Source of the DNA: an uncultured Winogradskyella sp.
GTDB lineage: Bacteria; Bacteroidota; Bacteroidia; Flavobacteriales; Flavobacteriaceae
DNA length: 64,000 bases
Reading direction: 5' to 3' (one strand)
NCBI RefSeq assembly: GCF_913055905.1
Contig: NZ_CAJXLB010000007.1
The translations under genes were made by a program, and so were the position numbers. Shown piece after piece: positions 16,159 through 27,290 of the stretch. The notes beneath the pieces are model-generated. The model was not told the origin of the DNA. It saw only the letters and a list, made by a program, of their open reading frames with translations, and made no database searches. Position 1 is the first letter of the stretch. Every line of letters starts with the position of its first letter.

Positions 16159-17040
16159 ATGCAGCTACTTGCCTATATCCTTATTTACCCTATACTTTGG
16201 TTGATTTCCATACTTCCATTTAGGCTTTTATACATGCTATCGGACATTGTATGCTTTATTTTTTACAGAATTATAGGGTATCGAAAACATGTGGTCAAAG
16301 GCAATTTAAGATTGGTCTTTCCAGAAAAGAGTGAAAAGGAAATAAATGCCATTACAAAAGCCTTTTACATTCACTTATGCGATTTATTTTTAGAGATGAT
16401 TAAAACCTTAACCATTTCTAGAAGCGAATTAAACCAGCGCTTTAAGGTTAAAAATGTAGAAACCATTAGGCAATTGGAAAGTCATAATACAAGTATTGTA
16501 TTAATGTACGGACACTTCGCCAGTTACGAGTGGTCAACTGTCCTGCAATCCATCATCAATATGCCAGGCTTAGGCATTTACAAAAAAATCGCGAACAAAT
16601 ATTTTGACAACTTGGCCAAACGAATCAGAGGTAAATACAAAACAGAACTCGTACATTCTAAACGGGCTCTTGCACGTATTGAAGAACTTTATAATAAGGA
16701 TGACCATAGAATGATTGCTTTTCTCAGCGATCAATCTCCTAAACTAAAACCCAATAATGTGTGGTTGGATTTTATGGACATCAAAGTCCCGTGCTTTGTA
16801 GGTGCTGAGGCCGTGGCCAAAAAATATAATTATCCTGTGGGTTTTTTACAAATTGACAAGGTGAAGCGTGGGCATTATGAAGCCGAAATCAAAATTCTCT
16901 CAGAGAGACCTCAAGAAGAGCCTGAATTTGCCATAATAGAAAAGTTCAATCGCTTACTTGAAGCACAAATCAAAGCAAAACCAGAATTCTATCTTTGGAC
17001 CCACAAACGCTGGAAACACAGGGATAAGGCGCCTAAGTAG
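16159..17040 (+). CDS. Lipid A late acyltransferase (LpxL/HtrB family)
   Basis: GHFASYEW, SDQSP and PEFYLWTHKRWK motifs. Confidence 0.9.
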   Translation: MQLLAYILIYPILWLISILPFRLLYMLSDIVCFIFYRIIGYRKHVVKGNLRLVFPEKSEKEINAITKAFYIHLCDLFLEMIKTLTISRSELNQRFKVKNVETIRQLESHNTSIVLMYGHFASYEWSTVLQSIINMPGLGIYKKIANKYFDNLAKRIRGKYKTELVHSKRALARIEELYNKDDHRMIAFLSDQSPKLKPNNVWLDFMDIKVPCFVGAEAVAKKYNYPVGFLQIDKVKRGHYEAEIKILSERPQEEPEFAIIEKFNRLLEAQIKAKPEFYLWTHKRWKHRDKAPK

Positions 17041-17048
17041 AGGTGTAT

Positions 17049-18551
17049 TTACAACTCAAACCAAGCATCTACATTCGTAGCGGTGTAATCACCTTTTACC
17101 TGGGACTTGTGAATAAATTCATTGGTGGCCTTATCATAGGTATAATCCTCAGCCCAAACCTTATGATGTTTAGCCAAGCTTATAATGCTATCGCATACAT
17201 AATTAATTTCGGCATTGGTCGTGGTTGGGTGTATAGACATCCTAATCCATCCTGGTTTGCGCACTAAATCTCCTATAGAAATCTCATTGGTAAGCTCATG
17301 TGACGTGTCATAATCAACATGCAATAGGTAATGACCATAAGTACCAGCACAACTGCAGCCGCCTCGTGTTTGAATACCGAATCTATCGTTGAGCAATTTC
17401 ACACCTAGGTTGTAGTGCAAATCGTCGATATAAAACGAAATAACCCCAAGCCTATCGGTATGTTGCCCTGCTAGAATATTTATGCTTTTATGTGGCGTCA
17501 AACGTTTAAAAACAATATCTAAAAGTTCATGTTCGCGCTTAAGTATGCTATCAACACCCATTTGCTCTTTGAGCTTTATGGCCAGCGCGGTTTTAATGGT
17601 TTGAAGAAACCCTGGCGTGCCACCATCTTCCCTATCTTCAATGTTGTCTATGTATTTATGTTCGCCCCAAGGATTGGTCCAGCTTACGGTACCGCCTCCA
17701 GGACAGTCGGGCACCATATTTTTATAGAGCTTCTTACTAAATACCAAAACACCTGAAGACCCTGGGCCTCCCAAGAACTTGTGCGGTGAAAAAAAGATAG
17801 CATCCAAATGAGCATCGTCATCATGTGCAGGGTGCATATCAATGTCCACATAAGGAGCAGAGCAGGCAAAATCAACAAAACAAACGCCACCATGTTTGTG
17901 CATCAACTTTGCGATATCATGATAAGGGTTTTGAATTCCCGTAACATTTGAGCCTGCAATAACCGATGCTATTTTTAATGGACGGTCTTTATATGTTTCT
18001 AATAAGGTTTCAAGATTCTGCAAACTGAATAAACCTTCCTTTCCAGGTGGAATAACCTCTACTTTGGCCATGGTCTCCAACCATGACGTATGATTGGAAT
18101 GATGCTCCATATGCGTCACAAAAACCACAGGACGCATCTCATCAGGAATCGTGGTTAAGTCTTTTAAATTTTCGGGCACCTTAAGCCCAAGAATCCTTTG
18201 AAATTTATTAACCACGCCGGTCATGCCATTACCAGACACAATTAAAACATCATCATCATTACTATTCACATGGTCTTTAATAATCTGCTTGGCTTTGTGA
18301 TAGGCCTTTGTCATGGCCGTTCCAGAAACTGTGGTTTCTGTATGTGTATTGGCCACAAAAGGACCAAAGTCATTTAACAACTTATCTTCTATGGGGCCAT
18401 ATAACCTTCCAGAAGCTGTCCAATCGGTATAGATAAGCTTTTGCTCTCCAAAAGGCGATTCAAAGGTTTGGTCATGCCCAATGATGTGCTGCCTAAACCT
18501 TTCAAAGTACAGTTCTAATTCGGTTGATTTTTCAGTAATGGCGTGTGACAT
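17049..18551 (-). CDS. Class V PLP aminotransferase / cysteine desulfurase-like protein
   Basis: YTDWTASGR, EHHSN, FSPHKFLGGPG and RGGCSCAG motifs; ATG at 18551. Confidence 0.9.
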   Translation of the reverse strand: MSHAITEKSTELELYFERFRQHIIGHDQTFESPFGEQKLIYTDWTASGRLYGPIEDKLLNDFGPFVANTHTETTVSGTAMTKAYHKAKQIIKDHVNSNDDDVLIVSGNGMTGVVNKFQRILGLKVPENLKDLTTIPDEMRPVVFVTHMEHHSNHTSWLETMAKVEVIPPGKEGLFSLQNLETLLETYKDRPLKIASVIAGSNVTGIQNPYHDIAKLMHKHGGVCFVDFACSAPYVDIDMHPAHDDDAHLDAIFFSPHKFLGGPGSSGVLVFSKKLYKNMVPDCPGGGTVSWTNPWGEHKYIDNIEDREDGGTPGFLQTIKTALAIKLKEQMGVDSILKREHELLDIVFKRLTPHKSINILAGQHTDRLGVISFYIDDLHYNLGVKLLNDRFGIQTRGGCSCAGTYGHYLLHVDYDTSHELTNEISIGDLVRKPGWIRMSIHPTTTNAEINYVCDSIISLAKHHKVWAEDYTYDKATNEFIHKSQVKGDYTATNVDAWFEL

Positions 18552-18575
18552 AGACCGCAATTTACACCAAAGATA

Positions 18576-19964
18576 CTAAATCCCTGCCAGCTCTTTTAAT
18601 TCAGCAATAAATCGGTTGGCCAAATCATCGGCTTCCATTTGAGATGGTGCTTCGGTATATATCCTAATAATGGGTTCTGTATTACTTTTTCTCAGGTGTA
18701 CCCAGCTGTCAGCAAAGTCAATCTTTACACCATCTACAGTACTCACGTTTTCGTCTTCATACGTTTTAGCTATGGTAGCTAACAAGGTATCGACGTCGAG
18801 TTCAGGGGTAAGCTGAATTTTTTTCTTGCTCATAAAATAGAGCGGATAGGTCGTTTTAAGTTGGCTCACACTAAGATTTTTATCGGCCAGTAGACTTAAA
18901 AATAAGGCCACACCAACCAAGGCATCGCGACCATAATGTAATTCTGGATAGATGATGCCGCCATTACCTTCTCCACCAATGACAGCGTCTGTTTGTTTCA
19001 TTAATTCAACCACATTGACCTCTCCAACAGCACTGGCCTGATAGGTGCCACCGTGTTTTTCGGTAACATCTCTAAGGGCTCTGGTAGAACTCATATTACT
19101 AACTGTATTTCCTGGTGTTTGGCCCAAGACATAATCGGCACAAGCTACTAGCGTGTATTCTTCACCAAACATCTCACCGTTTTCATCCATAAAGGCCAGT
19201 CGATCCACATCGGGATCAACAACAATACCCAAGTCTGCCTTCTCGTGCTTTACAGCATCGGACAAATCTGTTAGATGCTCTTTTAGAGGTTCTGGATTAT
19301 GGGGGAAATGACCATTTGGCTCACAATAAAGTTTAACCACGTAAACACCCAAGCGCTCAAGAAGTTCTGGTATAGCAATACCTCCTGTAGAATTAACACC
19401 GTCCACAACCACCTTGAACTTAGCAGCTTCTATGGCTTTTTTATTAACAAGAGGTAAGTCTAAAACCTCATCGATATGCATATCAATATAAGCATCGTTG
19501 CGTGTAATCTTTCCTAGCGAATCAACATCGGCAAAAGTCATGTCCTTAGATTCAGCAAGTTCTAAAATCTTCTTGCCCTCTTCACCACTCAAAAATTCAC
19601 CTTTGGCATTAAGAAGCTTTAAAGCATTCCATTGCTTGGGATTATGGCTCGCGGTTAAGATAATACCACCATCGGCATGCTCCATAGGAACAGCTACTTC
19701 TACTGTTGGAGTTGTGGAAAGTCCTAAATCAATGACATGGATACCAAGGCCTACCAAGGTTTGCATCACAAGATTCTGTATCATCTCTCCCGAAATGCGA
19801 GCGTCCCTACCAACTACTACTCTATAATGCTCCTTGTCTCGCTGTTGCTTTAACCATGTGCCATAGGCAGCAGCAAATTTAACAACGTCAATTGGTGTTA
19901 AGTTGTCCTCCACTTGGCCTCCTATGGTTCCTCGTATACCAGATATTGATTTTATTAATGTCAT
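18576..19964 (-). CDS. glmM: Phosphoglucosamine mutase / alpha-D-phosphohexomutase
   Basis: SISGIRG, TASHNP, DPDVDR and GEGNGG motifs; ATG at 19964. Confidence 0.88.
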   Translation of the reverse strand: MTLIKSISGIRGTIGGQVEDNLTPIDVVKFAAAYGTWLKQQRDKEHYRVVVGRDARISGEMIQNLVMQTLVGLGIHVIDLGLSTTPTVEVAVPMEHADGGIILTASHNPKQWNALKLLNAKGEFLSGEEGKKILELAESKDMTFADVDSLGKITRNDAYIDMHIDEVLDLPLVNKKAIEAAKFKVVVDGVNSTGGIAIPELLERLGVYVVKLYCEPNGHFPHNPEPLKEHLTDLSDAVKHEKADLGIVVDPDVDRLAFMDENGEMFGEEYTLVACADYVLGQTPGNTVSNMSSTRALRDVTEKHGGTYQASAVGEVNVVELMKQTDAVIGGEGNGGIIYPELHYGRDALVGVALFLSLLADKNLSVSQLKTTYPLYFMSKKKIQLTPELDVDTLLATIAKTYEDENVSTVDGVKIDFADSWVHLRKSNTEPIIRIYTEAPSQMEADDLANRFIAELKELAGI

Positions 19965-20032
19965 GCCGTTGATTTTTCGCAAATATAACCATCTCTAACT
20001 GTTTTGTTATTATGAATTTGTAAATTCGACGA

Positions 20033-20638
20033 ATGAATTTTTTAGCCCATATCTATCTCTCTGGCGACAATGAACTACTCACCCTAGGCAACTTTGCGGC
20101 CGATGGCATTAGGGGACGAAAGTATTTGGATTATCCCGAAGAAATCCAGGCAGGAATTCTGTTGCATCGCTTTATAGACACCTATACAGATGCGCACCCT
20201 ATTTTTAGACAAAGCACCAAACGCCTTCATGAACCTTATGGGCATTACAGTGGTGTTATTATTGATATTTTTTACGATCACTTTTTAGCTAAAAATTGGT
20301 CCAGGTACAGCACAGTGGCGTTGGAAGATTTTGTAGAAGCCTTTTATGCGAGCCTACAGAAACATTGGGATGAACTCCCACCGAAATTCAAACATCTTAC
20401 GCCTTACATGATTGAAGGAAATTGGTTGGTAAACTATGCCTCCATTGAAGGCATCCAGTCCGTGCTCAATGGCATGAACCGTAGAACCAACTACAAATCC
20501 AAAATGGATAAAGCCGTAAAGGAACTAACCTTATTTTACCAAGATTTTGAAAATGAATTTTTTGCATTCTTTGACGAATTACAACATGCTGCTTTAGAAA
20601 AACGTAAAAAACTCGAAATAGAATTTAATATCAGATGA
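20033..20638 (+). CDS. acpH: Acyl carrier protein phosphodiesterase
   Basis: MNFLAHIYLS, GNFAADGIRG, HRFIDTYTDAH and DIFYDHFLA motifs. Confidence 0.88.
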   Translation: MNFLAHIYLSGDNELLTLGNFAADGIRGRKYLDYPEEIQAGILLHRFIDTYTDAHPIFRQSTKRLHEPYGHYSGVIIDIFYDHFLAKNWSRYSTVALEDFVEAFYASLQKHWDELPPKFKHLTPYMIEGNWLVNYASIEGIQSVLNGMNRRTNYKSKMDKAVKELTLFYQDFENEFFAFFDELQHAALEKRKKLEIEFNIR

Positions 20639-22338
20639 GGAGAGTCTTATTTTGCATCACTTTAACCTTACTTTTTTATGGTTGTCGAGGTCCAGAGACC
20701 ACAGAAACAGCTAGGGCAAAAAATGAGGGTCTAATCACCACCAAGGCCATGGTGGTGAGCGCACGACAAGAGGCTTCGGATATCGGTGTGGACCTTATGA
20801 AAAAAGGCGGTAATGCCTTTGATGCGATGCTGGCAACCTCCATGGCACTTGCAGTAACATACCCTTACGCTGGTAATCTCGGTGGCGGTGGTTTTATCGT
20901 CTATCGCCTCGAAGATGGCACAAAAGGAGCGCTAGACTTTAGGGAAAAAGCACCATTAGCGGCTTCAAAAGATATGTATCTCAATGCCAATGGTGACATC
21001 ATTCCCAACAAAAGTACCCTAGGCAGTTATGCCATCGCAGTTCCCGGAACTGTAGCAGGTATTTTTAAAGCCCATGAGAGATTTGGTCGTCTGGATGTTG
21101 AGACGGTTCTTAGACCAGTAGTGGATCTCGCAAAAAGAGGCTTTCGCGTCACCAAACTACAAGCAGAATCGCTTAATAAATACGATAGCATTTTCAAACA
21201 GGTCAATAAAAAAGACATCCTGTTTAGTAAAGCGTACAAGCCTGGGGACACCATTAAAAACATAGCACTTGCAAATACGCTGGAGCGGCTCATCCAATAT
21301 GGCAGTGAAGACTTCTATAAGGGCGAAACGGCCAAAAAACTAGTGGCCTTCTTACAAACCCATGGCGCACTCATTACCGTAGAAGACCTTGAAGCCTACC
21401 AAGCCAAATGGCGAGACCCGATTAGCTTCACCTATGATGACCTTACGATAACCTCCATGTCTCCACCATCGTCTGGCGGCATCGTTCTGCAACAAATTAT
21501 GGGCATGATTGAAGACTTTGACCTTAAGGCTACTGGACACAACACCTTAGAGACCATTCAGGTGCTAGTGGAGGCGGAAAAACGGGCTTACGCAGACCGA
21601 GCGTTTTATCTGGGCGATCCCGATTTTGTAGACATCCCATCAAAACAGCTAACAAGTAAAGCTTATTTAAAAGAACGAATGGCCAACTTTACGTTAGACC
21701 ACCCTACACCATCAGAAGACATCTCCCATGGCCATATTGAAACCTATGAGAGCGATGAAACCACCCATTTTTCAATCGTAGATCAATTTGGAAATGCCTT
21801 AGCCATGACCACAACACTCAATGGTGCGTATGGCTCTAAGCTTTATGCCGATGAGCTTGGTTTTTTTCTGAATAATGAAATGGATGATTTTAGCAGCAAA
21901 CCCGGAGAACCCAATATCTATGGCCTCATTGGTGCCGAAGCGAACAGCATACAACCCGAAAAACGGATGCTTAGTTCCATGACGCCTACCATAATAGAAA
22001 AACAGTCTAAACTCTTTATGGTTTTAGGAACACCAGGAGGATCAACCATAATTACTTCGGTGCTGCAAACCATTCTCAACGTGCACGAATTCGGTTTATG
22101 CATGCAAGAAGCTGTCGATGCCCCACGCTTTCATCACCAATGGTTACCCGATGAAATCCGTATGGAGCCCGAAGGCTTCGACCCTATAATCATAGAACAA
22201 CTTATAGCTAAAGGTTATCCTATTAATTTTGAGCGCACACCCATAATCGGAAAAGTAGATGCCATCCTCATCAGGGATGATGGCACTTTGGAAGGAGGTG
22301 CAGACCACCGTGGCGATGATGCGGCTAGTGGTTTCTAA
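20635..22338 (+). CDS. ggt: Gamma-glutamyltranspeptidase
   Basis: GGNAFDA, GNLGGGGF, DFREKAP, ETTHFS and RMLSSMTP motifs. Confidence 0.96.
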   Translation: MRRVLFCITLTLLFYGCRGPETTETARAKNEGLITTKAMVVSARQEASDIGVDLMKKGGNAFDAMLATSMALAVTYPYAGNLGGGGFIVYRLEDGTKGALDFREKAPLAASKDMYLNANGDIIPNKSTLGSYAIAVPGTVAGIFKAHERFGRLDVETVLRPVVDLAKRGFRVTKLQAESLNKYDSIFKQVNKKDILFSKAYKPGDTIKNIALANTLERLIQYGSEDFYKGETAKKLVAFLQTHGALITVEDLEAYQAKWRDPISFTYDDLTITSMSPPSSGGIVLQQIMGMIEDFDLKATGHNTLETIQVLVEAEKRAYADRAFYLGDPDFVDIPSKQLTSKAYLKERMANFTLDHPTPSEDISHGHIETYESDETTHFSIVDQFGNALAMTTTLNGAYGSKLYADELGFFLNNEMDDFSSKPGEPNIYGLIGAEANSIQPEKRMLSSMTPTIIEKQSKLFMVLGTPGGSTIITSVLQTILNVHEFGLCMQEAVDAPRFHHQWLPDEIRMEPEGFDPIIIEQLIAKGYPINFERTPIIGKVDAILIRDDGTLEGGADHRGDDAASGF

Positions 22339-22438
22339 AAGTTTTTTCAACCATTTTACAGATGGAACACTAGGTATATTGTATCTTTAAGTGCCCTAAG
22401 CTACCTGCACCGAAATTACATTTAAAAATTAGTTTATT

Positions 22439-25400
22439 ATGACGCGATTATTTTCAGCACTTTTAGGTCTCACATTCTGTATTGGATTTTCCCAAGGAAC
22501 CCAACTACTAAGACAACCGACCTTACACGGCGATACCGTGGTTTTTGTCTATGCCAATGATTTATGGAAGGCTTCCGTAAATGGAGGCACCGCCATCCGA
22601 TTAACGAGTGATGAGGGCTACGAATCAAACCCGCATTTTTCCAATGATGGTAAATACATTGCATTTACTGCCCAATACGATGGTAATGTAGATGTCTTTG
22701 TGGTGCCCTCTGAAGGTGGCGAACCGCAACGCCTTACCTATCATCCTACTGGCGATTATGTGCAAGGCTGGACCCCAGATGGCAAGGTTTTGTTCCGCTC
22801 GGGTCGCGAGAGCCAACCTACCATGACCAATAAGTTTTTTACAGTTGGTCTAGATGGTGGCCTTCCTGAAGCCTTGGATGTTCCCCGAGCAGCCTATGGT
22901 GAAATGTCCAGGGATGGAAAACACCTCGCTTACACCCCAATCACAGGCTGGGATGCGGAATGGCGCAATTACCGTGGCGGACAAGCCATGCCTATATGGG
23001 TAGTGAACTTAAAGACCAAAGAACTTACGCGTACCTCACAGCCTACCAAAGAACGCCATCTAGACCCTGTTTGGCTAAATGGTGTGGTCTATTTTATGTC
23101 AGAACGGGACTATACCATGAACATCTGGTCGTTTGATCCTAAGACCAAAGCAGAAAACCAAATCACCTATCACAAAAAATTCGACGTCAAAAGCTTAGAT
23201 GCAAGTGCCGATAAATTAGTTTACGAACAAGGTGGCTATTTACACCTGTATGACCCAGCTACAACGAGTTCAAGACGGCTGAATATAGACGTTAAAGGCG
23301 ACCTCAATTTTTACCGTACCAAATGGGATGATGTTTCAGCAAACAACCTAAGCAATCCCAATGTGTCGCCTACAGGGAAACGTGCTATTTTTGAATACCG
23401 AGGCGAAATATTTACCATACCCAAAGACAATGGGACATGGATGAACCTTACCAACTCACCAGGTGTTGCCGATCGCGCACCGATCTGGTCACCTAAGGGC
23501 GATAAGGTCGCTTGGTTCTCCGATAAAAGTGGTGAGTACCAACTGATGATAGCCAATCAAGATGGCTCAGAGGTTGAGGCAATTCCCCTACCCGACCCTA
23601 CCTTCTACTTTCAGCCCGATTGGTCACCAGATGGTAAGTATCTTGCCTATACCGATACCCATTATAACATTTGGGTTTTAAATCTAGAAACCAAGAAAGC
23701 GACCATTGCAGACACGGACCGCTACGCACACCCTAACCGTGCCATGAATCCGGTATGGTCGCCAGATAGCCAATGGATTGCCTATTCCAAACAACAGGCC
23801 AGCCATTTTAAAGCCATTTATGCCTATAACGTCGATACAAAGAAGACCATGCAGCTTACCGACCCCATTGCAGATGCCATTACGCCTGTGTGGGATGAAT
23901 CGGGCAAATACCTCTACACGCTTGCAAGCACCAATTACGGATTGCAATCGGGTTGGTTGGATATGAGTTCTTACGACCCAAGTTCCAACATCACAAGAAG
24001 CCTTTATGCCATAGTTCTAAATGCCGAAGACGAAGCTCCTAATCTGCCCAAAAACGATTTAGAAAAGGTAGATGACGACAAAGCGGCTGATAAAAAGGAC
24101 GACGACAAAAAAGAAGACGCTAAAGAGGACAATGCCGTCACTATTGTTGAAGCCGGTATTTACGACCGTGCAGTAGCCTTAGACTTGCCCGCAAGGAATT
24201 ATGTGGCCCTATTAAAAGGACCAAAAAACACCGTATTTATCGCGGAGAACGTTCCAAACCAACGCGGATTAAAGGTACATTCCTATGATGTGGAAAAAGA
24301 AAAAGCCTCTGATTTCGCAGAAGGCGTTTCAGAAATGGTGGCCTCTAACGACCGCAAATCCATCCTGTTACGACAAAATGGCAACTGGATATTAACCAGC
24401 ACGGCTAGTGCACCCAAACCCGGTAAGGATGTTCTAAAAGTCAACGCGAAGATTAAATTAGACCCTAAGGCAGAAGCCCATCAGATTTTTAAAGAAGGTT
24501 GGCGCTACATGCGAGACTTCCTCTATGTGGATAATGTGCACGGAGCACCTTGGGATACCATTTACGAATGGTACGCGCCCTGGGTTGACCATGTGCGCCA
24601 CAGAACAGACCTTAACTATATCGTGGATATTATGAGCGGCGAGGTGGCCATTGGCCATTCCTATGTTAGTGGTGGCGACTTCCCGGATGTCGATTATGTG
24701 CCAGTAGGGCTTTTAGGTTGTGACTTTACACTTAAAAACGGTAAGTATCAAATCGCCAAAATCTATAATGGCGAACGTTGGAATCCCAATATAGAAGCAC
24801 CTTTGGCCAAACCTGGTATCGCTGTCAATGAAGGCGATTACATTCTACAAATCAATGGGAAACCCCTAAATGAAGGTACCAATCCGTATCAATTACTAGA
24901 GCAAACCGCTGGTCGTGAGATTACGATTACGGTGAATGACAAGCCTTCAATGTCTGGAGCACGTGACGTCTTGGTTAAGCCCGTTTCCAACGAACGTGGG
25001 CTTAGAACCATCGCTTGGGTAGAAGACAATCGCCGTAAGGTAGATGAGCTGTCCAATGGAAAATTGGCCTATGTCTATGTGCCCAACACAGGTCGTGGAG
25101 GTTTTACAGCGTTCAACAGGTACTACTTTTCGCAACAAGATAAAAAAGGTGTCATTATCGATGAACGCAATAACGGTGGTGGCTCAGCCGCAGATTATAT
25201 GATTGATATCATGTCGCGTGAGCTTTTTGGCTACTTCAACAGTAAGGCTAGTGACAACCGTCCTTGGACCACACCTATGGCCGGTATCTGGGGACCAAAG
25301 GTAATGCTCATAAATGAGCGCGCCGGTTCTGGTGGAGATTTACTCCCTTATATGTTCAAGATGAAAGAAATTGGCCCTCTTGTGGGAACAAGAACTTGGG

Positions 25401-25696
25401 GCGGCTTGGTAGGTACCTGGGATACACCACGTTTTATTGATGGTGGCCGTATGGTAGCACCTCGTGGCGGTTTCTTTGATGTTAATGGCGAATGGGCCGT
25501 TGAAGGCGAAGGTGTAGCACCAGATATTGAAGTGATTCAGCATCCTAAGGAGACTTCCAAAGGAAACGACCCTCAATTGGAACGCGGTGTGCAGGAGGCC
25601 ATGAAACTCTTAAAGAACAACGAGTTTCAATTACAGCCAGAACCTGCACCTCCAATCCGATGGAAACGTCCTGAAGGTTATAACAACGACAACTAA
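22439..25696 (+). CDS. Tricorn-like S41 protease (beta-propellers, PDZ, S41)
   Basis: PD40-like repeats; DERNNGGG; GSGGDLLP; GTRTWGG. Confidence 0.93.
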   Translation: MTRLFSALLGLTFCIGFSQGTQLLRQPTLHGDTVVFVYANDLWKASVNGGTAIRLTSDEGYESNPHFSNDGKYIAFTAQYDGNVDVFVVPSEGGEPQRLTYHPTGDYVQGWTPDGKVLFRSGRESQPTMTNKFFTVGLDGGLPEALDVPRAAYGEMSRDGKHLAYTPITGWDAEWRNYRGGQAMPIWVVNLKTKELTRTSQPTKERHLDPVWLNGVVYFMSERDYTMNIWSFDPKTKAENQITYHKKFDVKSLDASADKLVYEQGGYLHLYDPATTSSRRLNIDVKGDLNFYRTKWDDVSANNLSNPNVSPTGKRAIFEYRGEIFTIPKDNGTWMNLTNSPGVADRAPIWSPKGDKVAWFSDKSGEYQLMIANQDGSEVEAIPLPDPTFYFQPDWSPDGKYLAYTDTHYNIWVLNLETKKATIADTDRYAHPNRAMNPVWSPDSQWIAYSKQQASHFKAIYAYNVDTKKTMQLTDPIADAITPVWDESGKYLYTLASTNYGLQSGWLDMSSYDPSSNITRSLYAIVLNAEDEAPNLPKNDLEKVDDDKAADKKDDDKKEDAKEDNAVTIVEAGIYDRAVALDLPARNYVALLKGPKNTVFIAENVPNQRGLKVHSYDVEKEKASDFAEGVSEMVASNDRKSILLRQNGNWILTSTASAPKPGKDVLKVNAKIKLDPKAEAHQIFKEGWRYMRDFLYVDNVHGAPWDTIYEWYAPWVDHVRHRTDLNYIVDIMSGEVAIGHSYVSGGDFPDVDYVPVGLLGCDFTLKNGKYQIAKIYNGERWNPNIEAPLAKPGIAVNEGDYILQINGKPLNEGTNPYQLLEQTAGREITITVNDKPSMSGARDVLVKPVSNERGLRTIAWVEDNRRKVDELSNGKLAYVYVPNTGRGGFTAFNRYYFSQQDKKGVIIDERNNGGGSAADYMIDIMSRELFGYFNSKASDNRPWTTPMAGIWGPKVMLINERAGSGGDLLPYMFKMKEIGPLVGTRTWGGLVGTWDTPRFIDGGRMVAPRGGFFDVNGEWAVEGEGVAPDIEVIQHPKETSKGNDPQLERGVQEAMKLLKNNEFQLQPEPAPPIRWKRPEGYNNDN

Positions 25697-25846
25697 TACC
25701 TTAAGTTAACAACAACATTATTTTTGCCAGCTTACGCCATAACGACCCTAAAATTAGAAGGTTTTACCTCGCTTGGCTGGCAAAAATGGTTTGTTGTTCC
25801 CTTCAATAATCACATTGATAAAACGACTAAAACATGATATTTTCTT

Positions 25847-26578
25847 ATGTCTAAAAAAATAACCGTCAAGCGTATCCTAAAAATCATAGGCGGACTTATT
25901 ATTTTCCTTACCCTGCCTTCCCTACTCTTTTTCGGATTCATTTATTTTAAATACAACGAAGATCTACCTCAAGGGGAAACAGGAGCACGCGCAGACGCCT
26001 TGGCCAAAACCATGCTTACCGCCTTAAATGAAGAGGCCTACCTTAATACGGACTATATCGAATGGTCCTTTAAGGGCATGCACCACTTTAAGTGGTATAA
26101 GACCAAAGGGGAATGCGAAGTATCTTGGGATAGAATGACTGTGGTACTCGATTTAAACAATCCAGACAACTCCAGTGTATTTGCAGGTGAAACACCCTAT
26201 AACGGTTCAGAAAAAGCAGATTATATTAACAAAGCACTGGACTATTTTAACAACGATTCCTTCTGGTTGGTGGGACCATATAAAGTCTTTGATTCGGGTA
26301 CCGAACGCGCTCTTGTCACTACCAAAGAGGGCCAAGAGGCCTTGTTGGTCACCTATACCTCAGGAGGTTCTACGCCTGGCGATTCGTATTTATGGCATTT
26401 GGATACTGAGGGTAAACCACGTAGCTTTCAGATGTGGGTGTCTATTATACCTATAGGTGGTCTAGAGGCCACCTGGGAAGATTGGATAACCACAGACAGC
26501 GGAGCGCACCTGCCTACCTTTCACAAACTGTTGTTTTTTGGTATTGAAATGGAAGGCGTTAAAGGCATTAGCTTTTAA
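25847..26578 (+). CDS. Conserved hypothetical membrane-anchored protein
   Basis: 243 aa; N-terminal TM helix; FNNDSFWL and GGSTPGDSYLW motifs. Confidence 0.8.
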   Translation: MSKKITVKRILKIIGGLIIFLTLPSLLFFGFIYFKYNEDLPQGETGARADALAKTMLTALNEEAYLNTDYIEWSFKGMHHFKWYKTKGECEVSWDRMTVVLDLNNPDNSSVFAGETPYNGSEKADYINKALDYFNNDSFWLVGPYKVFDSGTERALVTTKEGQEALLVTYTSGGSTPGDSYLWHLDTEGKPRSFQMWVSIIPIGGLEATWEDWITTDSGAHLPTFHKLLFFGIEMEGVKGISF

Positions 26579-26632
26579 GAGCCCATCCTAAGGCCTTAGC
26601 GCCATGTGGTTCTTAAAACTGGAGAAGGTTAA

Positions 26633-26667
26633 GATTCCTTCTGGGGCCGTGCTCCCTTAGAATGACA
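26633..26667. repeat. REP-like GATTC...GAATGACA palindrome
   Basis: Shares its termini with the copies at 27404-27444, 27494-27550 and 29488-29526. Confidence 0.55.
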
Positions 26668-26697
26668 ATTCAACAACTCAATGTATTCTCACTCAAT

Positions 26698-27225
26698 TTA
26701 GGAGCCTTTTTGCCCTACGAATTGTTGGCTTTTTAATTTGAACAAGACGTTGAAGCTGGTTAGACTGCCGTAACTGCGTGTGATGTATTGCTGCAAGTCT
26801 ATCTTCTCCTGCTCATCCAAGTTTTTGCTCGAATTGATTTTCTGCTCCATCACCCTTAGGCGGTCGCGTACCATGGTAATCTTATGAAAAAAAGTGTCAA
26901 TGGGTAATTCCTTGCCCTGTAGGTTAGGGTCTCCCGGTTCTAAAATGAGCTTACCGCCTTTCCATTTGTCTGCAATGGATACCACTTCCGAAACATCGGA
27001 CCATTTTTTTAAAATAGCGCGTAGGCTTTTTTCCACTTCGTAAAAGCTTACCGTATCTACATCGTCTTCCGCAGCTTCTATGACTTCAAAGTCGTCATCT
27101 AGTTCCAGGGTTTCCAATCCCTTATCTATAAAGGTGACCCAATAGTGTTTAGAGGTGACGTTGGTGACGACGCCTTTGCCGTAGTCTTTATGATTGATGC
27201 GTGAGCCTATGCCTAATAATTTCAT
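26698..27225 (-). CDS. Conserved hypothetical protein
   Basis: 175 aa, clean ORF with host-like composition. Confidence 0.8.
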   Translation of the reverse strand: MKLLGIGSRINHKDYGKGVVTNVTSKHYWVTFIDKGLETLELDDDFEVIEAAEDDVDTVSFYEVEKSLRAILKKWSDVSEVVSIADKWKGGKLILEPGDPNLQGKELPIDTFFHKITMVRDRLRVMEQKINSSKNLDEQEKIDLQQYITRSYGSLTSFNVLFKLKSQQFVGQKGS

Positions 27226-27290
27226 GTGCTTATTGTATTATGTTTGGTATTACAAGTATAGGTAATCTTGGTGGGATTTTTTGATTATTG

